From Raillietiella orientalis (taxonomy: Eukaryota): a DNA stretch of 64,000 bases. Positions 12,499 to 24,580 of the stretch are shown one piece after another. The notes under the pieces are model-generated. The model saw only the letters and a list, made by a program, of their open reading frames with translations. It had not been told where the DNA came from and did no database searches. Position numbers and translations under genes: made by a program. The stretch lies in contig JAYWIR010000020.1 of the NCBI GenBank assembly GCA_036172245.1, forward strand, positions 3,038,001 to 3,102,000. The letters are read 5' to 3'. Position 1 is the first letter of the stretch, and each line of letters opens with the position of its first letter.

Positions 12499-12747
12499 TC
12501 AATGGACGATTCTTTCGGTACCCTGCAGGGAAAAGTGTCTATAGGACGGATAATCCTCAGTCTTTAACATGAGATCGCAGGAAATTTTCTGCTGCTTGGC
12601 CGCTTTCCTCTGCTTCTTAAGTCTCCTCCGAAAGATGGCCACGAGCATGGCGACGATCAGGAGGATCAGGATGGCCACAATGACGCCCAGGATGAGAGGA
12701 AGGTGCGCCAACCAGTACACAGCGTCTTTGGCTGGAGGAGTTCGGAC
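12499..12747 (-). CDS. LRR-FN3 membrane protein, last coding exon: TM helix and cytoplasmic tail
   Basis: Acceptor gttgcag|GTC. Hydrophobic LPLILGVIVAILILLIVAMLVAIF followed by basic RRRLKKQRK; TGA at 12499-12501. Exact acceptor uncertain because several in-frame AGs are present. Confidence 0.88.
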   Translation of the reverse strand, partial: VRTPPAKDAVYWLAHLPLILGVIVAILILLIVAMLVAIFRRRLKKQRKAAKQQKISCDLMLKTEDYPSYRHFSLQGTERIVH

Positions 12748-12821
12748 CTGCAACGCATCGCGCGTGACCTGCTGCTGCCTCTGCACGGAGAGGAGGGGAG
12801 GGGGAGGCAGCTGAGACTCAC

Positions 12822-13050
12822 CTTGAGGCATTTCCGATTCTTCGCTGTGCTGTGTGTTTCCTCCTCCTCGTAGAAGATGTAGTCCAGGCTGTAGAGCTGG
12901 GCGTCCTGGGACGTTCCGCTGACGGCCAGCACGCAGAGGTGGTAATTCGTGTCCGGCACGAGTCCCTGGACGAGATGCGTGTGCGCGGGGGGCGACACGG
13001 GAAGGGACCGGACCGTATCTTCCCCCTTCTCTGGAGAGTAGTAGATGATT
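12822..13050 (-). CDS. LRR-FN3 membrane protein, coding exon 5: FN3 domain
   Basis: Acceptor ttcttcccccag|A. VQGLVPDTNYHLCVLAV matches FN3 L-x-P-x-T-x-Y. Donor AAG|gtgagt at 12821. Confidence 0.88.
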
Positions 13051-13104
13051 CTGGGGGAAGAATTTTTGAGTCTCGTCTCCTTCCGGTGATGCTCATCTCC
13101 CAAC

Positions 13105-13369
13105 TTGTAAGAGTGCACGTTCGAGTCGTTTCCTCCTTGCCACAGTAGCAGCACAGACTCCGCATGCACTTCAAGAGCTGTGACACTCGTGACTGTTACG
13201 TCCGAGCACACTGGGCCTCTGTTCATATCCAAAAGGCTTCGATTTTCAAATGACTCTGGAGAGTGACATACCAAGGGTGGACTGTGGTCAGGCACCAGGA
13301 AGACCTTATAGAAGTATTGCGCCCAGACCCAGAAGTCCTGCATTTTGCAGTCACAATGCAGTGGATTCT
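13105..13369 (-). CDS. LRR-FN3 membrane protein, coding exon 4: LRRCT and start of FN3
   Basis: Acceptor ccgatttcag|AG completes GAG. ENPLHCDCKMQDFWVW...LVCHSPESF...PVC is a typical LRRCT; ESVLLLWQ is FN3 strand B. The 3' boundary assumes a 54-nt intron. Confidence 0.88.
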
Positions 13370-16300
13370 CTGAAATCGGAGAGCGGTTGGACCCCCATGA
13401 CAATGACATGACTCCCCATAACACGGTTCTCCTTGTTTTGAGCCAGGTTTCTCGAAAACCGCGAGGGAGCGGCGCTGTGAGCTTCCACGCAGATCCTCCT
13501 AGAGCGCGTCCATGTCGCGCGGTCGCCAAGGTAACGTGTTTCGCATGCCCGCTCTGATGCTCCACGAGAAACGAGCGACAGCAGGTCTTTCATTTGTCCA
13601 GAGATTCCACGTACGTCTTCCACTCGGATGCTGCGGGACTCGCCTGCACACATGCGAGGACGCACACATGACCTACATGATTTCTGTCTTTCAGGGTGGG
13701 GATGTGTGTGGGGGGAGGGGAGAAGGGGAGTTTGCTTTCTACGGTGAAACCGCATCATTGGCTCCATTATAGCCACAGCCCTAGGAAGACACTGATGCTT
13801 ACGCGGAAAAAAAGAAAAAATATCTCCTGATGGAGCAGGATCCGCAGGATAAGGGGAAAGGGGAAGCTGGCCACTGTTTGCACGCACCCTCGACTCCTGT
13901 TCATTGCACTTCTGTGAAGACGGCATACGCACTGAGGGACCGCCGCGCCAGACGCCGGAGCACAACTCGTGAGCAAGGAATCCAAGCGACAGGGGTGAAC
14001 GAGGTGACCCGCAACCACACGTGAGGGACGGGGAAGCATCGCACACGAGGCAGACGGGGAAAGGCATCAGAAAAGTGGGGAAGACGTCATCATCGGTCCC
14101 CTTCCCCTAAAGGAAGGCGGCGGACGTGTCTCAAGGTCGCCCCCCGTGCAAAGAATCTCGTACAGGAAAGAGGATTCCACGCGCACGCAGGCACAGGTCC
14201 AGCGCGAGCCTGGTAGCTCGCCCACTGGCAGGGAAGCTGCAGAGTGCTGGAAATCCCACCAAAAGGTGAATTCCAAACGAGCCAGAACGGGGGGTGGGGA
14301 TGAGGGGGGACACCGCGAAAGACCTCGAGAGCTGCGTGGTCGCTTTGCTGGCGCTCTTGCACCTTCCTCCACCTTCCAAACGAAGAGGAGAAAGCCCCAG
14401 AGGTTCCCTGCTCCCATCACCCAGGCGTCTTGACGAACCGAGGCGATGCTGCACCTCCGAGATCGCTCGGCCGATGGCTTCGCTCCCAGAAATCTCTGCG
14501 AGGATCCCGCCGAAACGAAGGCAACAGCAGTCAGAACACCGCTTGCAGTTCCAAGTCGGCCTTGGAGGGAGCGACTTCGAAAGGAGCAGCGAAGAGCGCG
14601 CGCGCAAGAGAGAGAGAAAGAGACAGGGGAGGGGGGAGGGGGGAATCGGTTGACTGGGAGACGAGTCTGGTGCTGCAAAGTCAGCCAGAGCGCCACACTC
14701 GTTTTTTTCAGCCACGAAAAACAACCCAGAAAGAGAGGGAGGAAGACGATCGAGAGAGGTGAAGGGGGAGGGGAGGGGTGAAGAATAGTCGGGTTTGCCG
14801 CTAGAATTCTGGAACAGTCCAACGGGCTTCGGCTCCAAAAACGGTAATTTAGCACGCGCCATGCTTACACGTTGCTCCGCGTGTCAGACAAATGGCGCGT
14901 TTCTGAAGTACCCGTTTTTTTTTTTTTTTGCCAGCGCTACTGGTGTGTGGCAGTTTCTTTCTTTGGTCGACGTAACCATGAGCGGAGCCAACAAGGAAAG
15001 GGGGAGGGAGGGGGGAGGGAAAGCAGAGAAGGCACAAACGACACTTTCGAAGGCGTCATCGAACACCGGGTGCCTACGAAACGGATCGTCCCAGCGATCC
15101 GAAGAGAATAGATGAGGTGTTGCTGTTCCGACGTTGCGCGGCAACGGGAGGGGTTCCCAATGCGGTGGCGGGGGCTGCCGGTGGACTTTCTCTTCCTCTC
15201 GACCGACGGCCTCCATTTTCCCCTTCACCTCAGCAACGCCATCCCCTTCCTCCTCTTTGCTGGTGTCAGCGCCCCGTTCGCGTCGTTTCGAACTTCGCGA
15301 AAGCATCGCTTGCCGAACACCACGCGGAGGAATCGCTGCTGGCTGTTGCGCCGCAATCAGAGCAGTAAAGCTGCGAATCTGCTGATTTCTGCGCTTTGGC
15401 CGGGGGGTCAGCATGGGGAACCGCTCTGCAGCTGATCTGCCCCGCGTGCAGCACGCTCACGCACAGAGGGGCGGAACCTCCTCGGAGAAAGACAGAAAAG
15501 AAAGCAAACAAGAAAGAGCTACAGGAAGGAAAGGGAAAACTCTGTTTGGGGGGACGTCAGCTTAGATATGGAGTGGCCGATGAATTTACATGTTCGGATC
15601 GACTCAAGATGTGCCTTCCCGTGATCCAAAAGAGCTGTTAACGCATCAGCGGACTCCTTTGATACCCGGAAGTACTTCCGGTGCTGGGGTCTCCGGGATT
15701 TCTTCGACGAACACCGCGTGAGGCAGTGGATGATTTCTCGGGATGCTGAGAGCTCGACGCGAGATCTCGTTTCCAGGATGCGGCCGTGTCGGGTTTCGGA
15801 GCGCTCCTCGCGCTCAAGCTCAAGCGGCCTCGCTTGCTGACGAGATGCGACGCCCGCTATCTCTTCGCGGCCTTGCGAAGCCTTGCGAGTCGTCTCGGGC
15901 GCTGTTCCACCAGCACTGGGCTTCCGGTGGGCGTCCGCCCGCAAGCGTGGAGCAGGCAAAACCGCCGCTGGCGCGCGCGACAGAGGCCAGGCGGACCGGA
16001 ATGGGATCCCAGCAGGAGACAGAACAGCGGGAAAGAAACTCTTGAGAGCTTCGGGCGGGCGCTTTCAGGGGGCGTTCCTTCGGCACCCTCCGGGAAGCAG
16101 GCAGACAATCAAGCGGGATGCGATCGAGCAGTGAGCAGCGAGTCTTCCGCTCTCCTCCTTGCGAGGAGCTGTCCCCTCCGAAAATTGGCTGCTGATTGTC
16201 ACCCGTAAAGAAGCATAACACGGCTTGCGCTCTCTGTACGTCAGCTCCGTGTCAAGTGACAACGCGAGCCGAGTCCCCCCTCAAAGCGAAAAGCGGACTC

Positions 16301-19300
16301 AAATTAGAGAGTCAATTAGAAAGAACGCAGAGATTTCAGACACCATTTTTCAGACAAAGTTCCGGGTGCTGAGTCAGCGATCCCCTAATTAGAAACAGGG
16401 ATGCCACAGGTAAGTTCGAGAGCGCAGAGCATCAGCCGGAAGTGCTCGGGAATCTCAGAGGCCGCTTTTTGTTCGTCCTCCCTGGACACAGGACCGCGTC
16501 GTGAAACCCGGCGCGCCTGGTGAGTGATTGTCGGTATTGCCAACGCTTAATTCCTCGATTTACCTGCAGATGGCACCAGTACCTCGCATTCAGCATTCGA
16601 ACAAACGGAGAGAGTAGGCGATGGGCCGAACTAAGAGTACACAGTTGCTTCCAGAGACTTCCTGACCTTCCCAGTTCTCCAGACGACCATGAACAACGTG
16701 TCGTGATCGCCTGCCTGTTGGCTACAGACAGGTCGACCATCACTGGCATCTAACCTACCTTACCGGCGATCACCGAACGTGATCGCGGGCGCAATTACGA
16801 CCCAAGGCTCGGAAACAGACCTTTCAAGGAAACACGAAAGAAGAAGAAATAAGAGTTCCTCCAGAATGCAGATACAGGCCAATAGGAAGGAGGCATCCTG
16901 CTTAAGAGGCATTTCACAAAGCGAACGAGAGATCCTTCGATGATTCAGTGGTCAAGATATCCTCAGCAAATGTCCTTTTTCGGCCGCCTTTCGGTTTCCA
17001 TCGCGAAAGAAAAAGGCGCATAGCGACGTAAAAGGGTCAAACGGCTACTTTCCTGCAAATGCAGCTTTTCTCTCCTGCTCCGAGCGTCTTCAGTGTTGCA
17101 GGGGCGACACCGTTTTCGAAGCTTAGGAGAACACTCTGCACCGCCTCCTCAACCTCTTACGTCCCGGAAACGCCCTGACCCCCTCGGAACGCTTGCCCTG
17201 GTGGTAACGGAATGCCTGCGACGGGTGAACGTCGCTGACGCAAGCAGATCAGACAATGAGCACACTCGGAAGAAGAGGTCATTAAGCTAGTGGAACCGAC
17301 TTGTTTGAAACGAAAGACCCGCAAACAAGGAAACGGGATTATCCCTAGGGAAAAATGCCCCTCGGAGTGGAAACGGCTCTTGAGGGTGCGTATCCCAGTA
17401 AGGTCAGTACAGAAGCTGGAAGACACCTTCGCGGTGCAACGCACTGCTGCCAATCACCTCAGGGCAGGCTGCAATATAGCGCTTCCGGGGTAAGTCCGAA
17501 TACCACAAGATCGCGACCAAAGGGACATCGGGGGGAAGCGCAAGGAGCTCGCAGCAACGCTTTCCACGAAGTTCTGTTCTCCAGGACCCTTCGCGTTTCC
17601 CGGCATCTGGTGGAAGGGATAGAAAGCTTTTCTCACCAGGGAATCTGCTTTTGGAGAGGGGAGGAGGATGCTGGAGGCTGCGAGACAAGCTGGTCGAAAT
17701 TTCCGAACGTCTCTCCCTTCGCAAACTCGGAACGCCGGGGGAAGGCTGAACTCTCATCCTGATGGATGCATGCGCTTCCCTTCCTCTCTGGAGCAGCGCC
17801 TCTTCGGCGCGAAGGAGTTGCATCTCTATCCCTCCCTTTCTGCTTTCTCAACCCCCAGGCTTGCTTATGCTTGCCGTGTGAGTCTCTTCAGGAGTGCATG
17901 ACTCCTGAGGGAAGTGTCAAAAGATGTTTCGTGACCGACAGGAAATCAGGAACGCATAAGGGAAACAAGGACAAGATTCCATCAAGGCTTCCAGCAGCGA
18001 ACTCTGGTGGTAAAAATATCGAACGAGCCGCAGCGAAATTCCAAATAATCTGATAGTCATTTGAGCGGGTGATAAGCAGTACTTGACATGAAACGTCAAA
18101 CACTGCGACGAGCTACAGGGGTACCGCCTTTTTTCTTTTTTCTTTTGAAAGCACGAGGCTCTCTGTGCACATGATGTAAGAAGATTGAAAGCGAGCGTAT
18201 TTAGGGATGCACTACTTCAAGGGATCGCATCGAGTTTTTTTTTCTGGAACACGGGAAGGTTTCCGGCGGACAATTCCAGGAGAAGGCCAGGAAAATGGCG
18301 ATGACTGTGATGAACGATGATGCCTCTTCCCGATACAAGGAAAAACGTCCGTTTCCGGCGCAACAGCTGACAAGCAATCCCAAATTAGTGGATGCGATGG
18401 ATCTGGCCTTGTGGAACATCGTTCTTTACGCGTCCCATTCAAAGGGATCCGAGCCGGCGGTCCATTCACCTCTGGGATTGGCAGGCCGGTGACGGCGAAA
18501 GATTCCCGACGAACTGAGAGGAAACGTGAGAGCGTGAAAAATGAAATCGTCTGGCGCGAACGATAAAATCGAACGCTTTTAGTTCGTTCGTTTGCCGCGG
18601 GTGCGTTTTGTGGAGCTCTGAGCATGGAAGCTGAACTTGAACCTCGGATCGTGCCACCACTCAAGCACAAAGTGTCTTCTCGGAAAAGGTCCTTGTCGGG
18701 AGGTCGTAAAAAACTTGCGCCTCTGCGGCCTACAGCCTACCGCGAAAAACCAAAACCAAACAATAAGACAGTAAAATAACCGAAACAAGGGTAATTCGAG
18801 GAGCAGCTGGAGGGGCCAGAAACCCTCTGCGGGTACCATCAAAGGCACGAAGAAGCGCCCCACAAGAAACGTCGGCACTGATTCAGAACGTCTCGCACGA
18901 AGAAGACCTCAGAAATGGGAACGAAATCTCGAATTGCCAGCTCGTGTCCTGTGCAACCAAACCTTAGTGGCTGGGAAAGTTTTTTCCTTCCCTCCGGAAG
19001 ATTTCCTGCTTCTGTTTCTCACATTCTCTGCAACAGGCACAAACCTTGTTCCGGTTGCAGAGCGCAGGTGGCGATTCCTGCACGAACAACGATGTTGTTT
19101 TGATCACGCTGTTCCTCGCAAGGAATCACGCATGCTTTCGAGAGCGGTGACGATGCAGGTCAGCATATGCAAAAGCTCCCGTTCCCTAACTGACCAACTC
19201 GCAAAGAAACATCGCCGGGGGGTAGGGGAGGCGGCGATTTCGTGATCGGCAGAGGAAAACCGAACCCCGGTCGGTGAGGGTACCGCACGCAGCCGACTCG

Positions 19301-19939
19301 ACTATGGGTGGGGAAACTCCCTCGTCAGGAGATACTTTCTTCGGTGGGAGAGGGCTCACAATGGAAGCATCGAAATCTGATCTCCTCGGAGCAGGATGGT
19401 GCCTATGGCAGGGGAAAAACAAGCGAGCAAAAGACACGAAATGGAACAGAACTGCTGGTCACCACGGCGAGATTTCAAAACACGGTAGGACGGGGTGCAC
19501 CGGGTCGGCAGCAACGCACGTGTGGCATCGGGAAAAGCACGCAGAGCGCTGGCTGCTGGCCCAACGGAGCGTCATCCGAGTGCCCAACAGTTGAACAAAG
19601 GCTAGGGAAAACCAACAGACTGTCCGAATCCGGAGTCATGCGGGTGGGACCTGCCTCGCGGAAACGGTTTCGCAGCCTGCACCCGAGAAGGAGGAAGATC
19701 CTCGAAGGAGATCGGCAGAACGAGCTCGCGCTCCACGCTGCAGTCTCAGCGGGTGAAAAAAGCACGCGGAGGAAACGGGACATCGCCCGCGAACTGCTGA
19801 GGGCGGTTCTTCGCGCTCGACGAGACTCTCGGATGGTGCAGTGATGGCGGCGGTGTGCTGCTGCGCCCGCGCCATCGTCACGGTTGCCCTAATCAGATCT
19901 GAAGCAGGCCCTAAAATCAAACCCTCGGACGCAACGGCG

Positions 19940-20044
19940 CACTTTGTCATTGGTGGAGTGAACAGCACCGCAATAATCCCCAACTCCTTTCCAGAACTCT
20001 TCTATGTTACCTACTGACCACCTGTACCAGTCAGAATAATCATC
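19940..20044 (-). pseudogene. Acetoacetyl-CoA synthetase (AACS-like) N-terminal exon fragment
   Basis: DDYSDWYRWSVGNIEEFWKGVGDYCGAVHSTNDKV resembles the AACS/acetyl-CoA synthetase N-terminal motif Y..LY.WSV.N..EFW..VW.FCG..HS..YD.V. Flanked by possible ag| and |gt; no further AACS exons recognised. Confidence 0.7.
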
Positions 20045-20104
20045 TCCAATCGCAACGTAACCATAGCATCCAACGAGGAATACTGTGAAAAGCCTTCTAA
20101 TCAA

Positions 20105-20815
20105 GATTGATCTCGTTCATCAAGGATTAGTGACTGGAGAAGCACATAGTTCGCTTTTAATGAATCCAACTGTGGGCATGTGGCCTCTGCACGGTCACTG
20201 AAATCACTTCACTGCTGTTTTTCATATCACATGTTAGTTTTTTGAAAAGCATTGCCTTCAGTTTCACGAGCATGAGATGACCAAAATGATTCAAGCTTGC
20301 GCAATGCAGCTTCTGTATCCTTTCTGTCATTTGGTAAAAGAGTCCCTTCATTTTCGGTCCCTGATAAAATTGGGATAGCATCTGTGTCAACTGAGCACGT
20401 CATTAAGCCTGGTGGAAAAGGAACAAAGAGTGCTGGCATTATATTAATGATGCTGGAAGTGGTCATAGGCAGGTCAGTTGCTGGTACCCAGGAAGAATTG
20501 CTTCTTGCAGCAGTGTTTTTCAAAAAACGAAGAATAATGGTATTTTGCAGTCCAACAACTTCCTTCAATGCTAAAACACGCATACAGATCAGCTTTGGGT
20601 ACAGCATCATAAACCGTGGATACATCCAAGAAGTCCTGCTGCGGCTGAGATTGTTGCAGAGCACGCTGAAGACTAACAAAATAGGGAAGAAACCAGGATG
20701 AGGTTTCTGCACAGGGCAAAAGAGAGTTGAGGGGACAGAGCACTCGTGTTTTTCTTTCAATGCTAGAAGAGAATGGATGATAAGATGAAAGGCTTGTTTT
20801 GATGGGAAGAAGTGG
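20105..20815 (-). mobile_element. Decayed LINE reverse-transcriptase remnant (I/Jockey-group-like)
   Basis: Colinear degenerate RT motifs over two frames: SSYHPFS (cf. SYRPIS), PHPGF, FLDVSTVYDAVP at 20597-20632 (cf. FLDxSKAFDxV), RFLKN, PALF, DTDAI (cf. YADD), ALRKLESFW, KT, LILDER (cf. LGxxLDxxL). Confidence 0.62.
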
Positions 20816-23800
20816 GCCAGCACGAGAGCCAGTCACTGATGGATCAGCGGTTCGGCTCAAAAAACAGATCAAATTCTGCCAAAGAACCGGTGGAGACACC
20901 GATTGAAATTTGTTTAGCGGGAAGGCGATAAAGGAGGTGAGCAAAATAAACATAGGAGATCCCAAGCAAATCCCACAAGAATTTTCCGCGTTTCCGGACG
21001 CAAGGGTAGGGAGCACACGCGCTCACAGGGATATCCAATCGGCCACAGAGCCAGTCGTTACGCTCTCATACCATCGCACCCACCCCCCAAATAAATCCGC
21101 ATTTGAACCCCCGGCTGAATCAGATGGCGCAGAAGTCGCACGAGGAATGGAAATCGGAATTTTTTAAATACCTGGATAGTCTAAGTTTCTAAATGTGCCT
21201 TTTGTTTTTTGTTTTTTTTAAATCTACACAATGGGTGCAAAAATAGAAAACTCGTTCGGATTCCCAAATAGGGGGAGCCAGTTCCCCATGTTCGTCTGAA
21301 TAATTTCCGTTTCGCGTTTGCAGCCTTGTGGGGACCGCCTTCCTTGTAATTTAGAGCCATTTCCAACGAGGATCCGAAGCTGCACCGCTAATGGTGAACA
21401 AGATGGAAGCCAAGCAACACAAAGAAGAACCTGCGGATGTTCGTTTCGAGCTAATGAACCGGACGGATACAGTGTAATCGTAATCCACTGAGATGCAGTG
21501 CCGCGTCCGCCATGGATGCGTGGCGGTGAGATGTTGCCGTTTCGAAAAATTCGATCTTCTCGTTTCATGCGCGGTAGCCGTTGTGCCACTCCTCAAGAAA
21601 ACGATTCCTCGAGCGAATCATTAGCGGACGGAGGGATCCAGTTTACGTGCTGCATGTACAAACACATTACGTATAATTGGAAAGGAAACCGGGCGCGCTT
21701 TGTCATCTGGTGCGAACCCACAGCCTACTCGTGAAGGCCGCGGCCACGAACTGCCCATCCGCTTCCCAGGTCATGCTTGGCCAGATGCGGATCATGAAAT
21801 TCAAGCAGAAGAGAGCACCGCTCGATGCGGAGTCCACCCCCTCCCTGCCTCGGCCCGACCCCAGCCCAGGAACGGACGTTTCACCTTCGACGCACCGAGA
21901 GCGGTGCGTTCTACACCACTCTACGCGGGGATCCGCCGACGTGAGAGACAGAGAAGGGTTCGTGCAAAGGAAACCCTGCGGAGGTCCCAGTGTTGGGCAA
22001 ACATCGCAACAAACATTGTCCGCTGATGTTGCGCAGCGAGGTCATGCAAGACATCGAAACGATACCTCGAAAGCGTCCGTTGGTACTCTTCGTGGTCGCG
22101 CCCACGGGAAGTGGTTGCGGAACCCCCACGGAAAAGGCCAAGATGGCGTTGGAAAAGGAATGAAATGGCGAGCAGCAGCAGAGGGGAGGCGAGGCGCGAT
22201 GGGAGCTCTGGGCGTCTATTTAGCTTACATAACGAGCAGGGGTTATTTACTCGTGACAGCCGTGGGGAAGCCTTGCAAGGTCACAGAGATTCATGCAAGG
22301 TGCACGCACGCACGCACTGGAAGAGAGGGAAGGAGGTGCTCACGGCGAAACGATACCAGTAGAAGATGTGAAGCCAGCAGCCCAGGACCCGCGCGAAACC
22401 CTATGGTACTTTTATACAACAAAGAGCTGCATTTCAGGAAAGAGACGGAAGTGCTTCAGTCTGCGCATCCCGCAGATACGCGAGTACGCAGTACCCTGCA
22501 CTTGGGTGAGCACTGGTGAAAGTGTGATGGGAATCTGCTGGCGAGATTTACTGGACCACAGGCTGGTAGGGGCAGAAATGGCGTCTTAACCCTAGGGTGA
22601 GAGTGCGGCGAACACGCGGCGGCGTTTGCGAGTGTTGGATTGGCGCGCTCGCATTTGAAAGATTCACTCGTGCGTCTTCCTGTGGGCATTCCATGATCGG
22701 CCGGCTCGACTCCCGACCTTCCTAGAGTGCGTCGGACGGCGTACCCCCCGGGTAGAACGGAACGCACCCCGAGAACGCAGCCCGTTGTCCAGAAAGGCAA
22801 TTTCGGGTGCACAGCCACGCAAAAAAAGCTCCCGATTGGTTACCGGGACACGAAACCATTCCTCTGAGATCCTCTGCATTCGACTGTACGTGTGCTCGAC
22901 GAAGCACACGCACACTGCACGTGTACGTGGGAGTTCTGCACGCGGCAACCGATTCTCGGAAGATCCGGGGTTGTGGTGAGATGAACGGTGGATCCATTTA
23001 TCCTCGTGTCACCTCGCCCTGGTTCGTTCATTACTCAGCTCCGGGCTCGGGAACGCCCGGCTCCAGAGCCAAGAATTCCTTTCCCTCGTTTTCCCTCTCA
23101 ATTAACAAGCGACGGCACAACTTTCCTGGGGAGCAGCAGGCGTCTTTCTGTTTTCCCAGACGTCGCTGGCGCTCGCGCAAGGGGAGGAGAGGCGCGAGAG
23201 GGGCCCTCCATGCCGCGAGTACTCGTTCGCGTTTAGACCTCCGCGGCCATTACCCCACCCCCCTACCCGGAGCGTCCTGTGGGGAACCGCTCCGCTCTTC
23301 CTCTGCGTTCCTTCCCGCCGGCGACGGAGTCCCGGAAGATCCCCTTGGAGGAGCCCGAATGACGAAGTACAACCAGATGAGCCGTGGAGCAGTAGCTCGC
23401 CTCCCTCCCGTTCCGGCGGATTTCCTGTCTGCCGCGCAACGCGCGCGCAAGAGGTTAGATCCACTCCTGGAAGGAGGGAGTGGATCCTGACGTGGCGGAG
23501 GCCAGCCGCGCGCCTCCCCGGGAAGTCGCAGAGTGGACCGCACCTTTCCCACGCGCCCCTTGGCTGTTTTTTTCTTTCGATGTCTGGGGGAAAACGGAAG
23601 CACTCCTTTGGCGACAGCGACGGAGGGGGTCACGCAGGGGTTACGCCGGAGAACACGATGCAGGCGGAGAGGTCTTCTCACAAGCACACGGACGCGAACC
23701 CGAGGTCCTCGAGCCGCCTCCGACCCCGCGAGTGGCCGGAGCGAAGATTGCCCGTCTCCATGGAGAAAATGCTTCATTCTCTACCCATTTCCTCACTGTC

Positions 23801-24345
23801 ATGCGCGGCTGGAGGGAGGGAGGGAAGTCAGAGTGAAACCCGGCGCGCTTCGCCACTGCGATCTAATTGCACATGACCAGGTAGATCTCTCTCTCTTTTT
23901 TCCCTTTCAAAGCCAGGGGGCGGCATCCTCCCAAGATGACCACGGCAAGAAAGGTGCAGGAGCAGGAGAGCCACCATCTCCTGGCGACACCTCCCTGAAG
24001 AGGAAGAGGCCACCGCGCGCCAAAGGTCGGGCTCAATCACCCGCCGGCATGGGACCTGAGGACGGGATCGAGCAAAACATCTGCTCCCTACCCTAAGCAG
24101 CGGGCGTGTCCCCGGTCCCGCTGCCTCTCACCGCGAAGAGAGGCAGAAGCGGACCGCAGGCCTTTATGGCAGGCGGCTGTCGATCCCTTCTGGACGCTGG
24201 CCACCTCACGGGAGTTTCTTTTCCTTTTTTCCCCCAGGAAGGCATCCCCGGAGGATTCCTGGGTCGCAAAAACACGCGCCGCCCCCTCTGCTCTTATTTT
24301 CCACGCCCTTTGTGTACCCCCTCCCCCTCTGTCAAAGGGACTCAC

Positions 24346-24580
24346 CTTCAAGGTTGAGCCACTGCAGGCTCCTGGAGGACTTGTGGAGCCACTCGGGAGC
24401 CATCACGTGGAAGGAGTTGGCAGCGAGGCTGAGAACCTTCACGCGAGCGTTGGCGTCGAACACGCCGGTAGGCAGCGTCGACAGTCGGTTATGACTCAGG
24501 TCGAGCGTCTCCACTTGCATGACGTTCTGGAAGGCGGCGCTTCCGAGGGAGGTCAGCCGGTTGAAGGAGAGATCGAGCAC
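24346..24580 (-). CDS. LRR-FN3 membrane protein, coding exon 3: LRR40-43
   Basis: Acceptor ctctgcccctcag|GTG, VLDLSFNRLTSL...LQWLNLE, donor GAAG|gtgagt. 235 nt, phase 0-1. Confidence 0.93.

Noticed and set aside
16570..16710. F-box-like RCS...LWKQLC
   Set aside because: No LPxE start motif; too short to support.
17404..17490. RhoGAP-like AACPEVI...LHREGVFQL
   Set aside because: Catalytic Arg absent, and the opposite strand has the better codon and splice signals.
20227..20300. Extension of AACS N-terminus (FWSSHARETE..AFQK)
   Set aside because: Fits the downstream part of the LINE RT remnant better.
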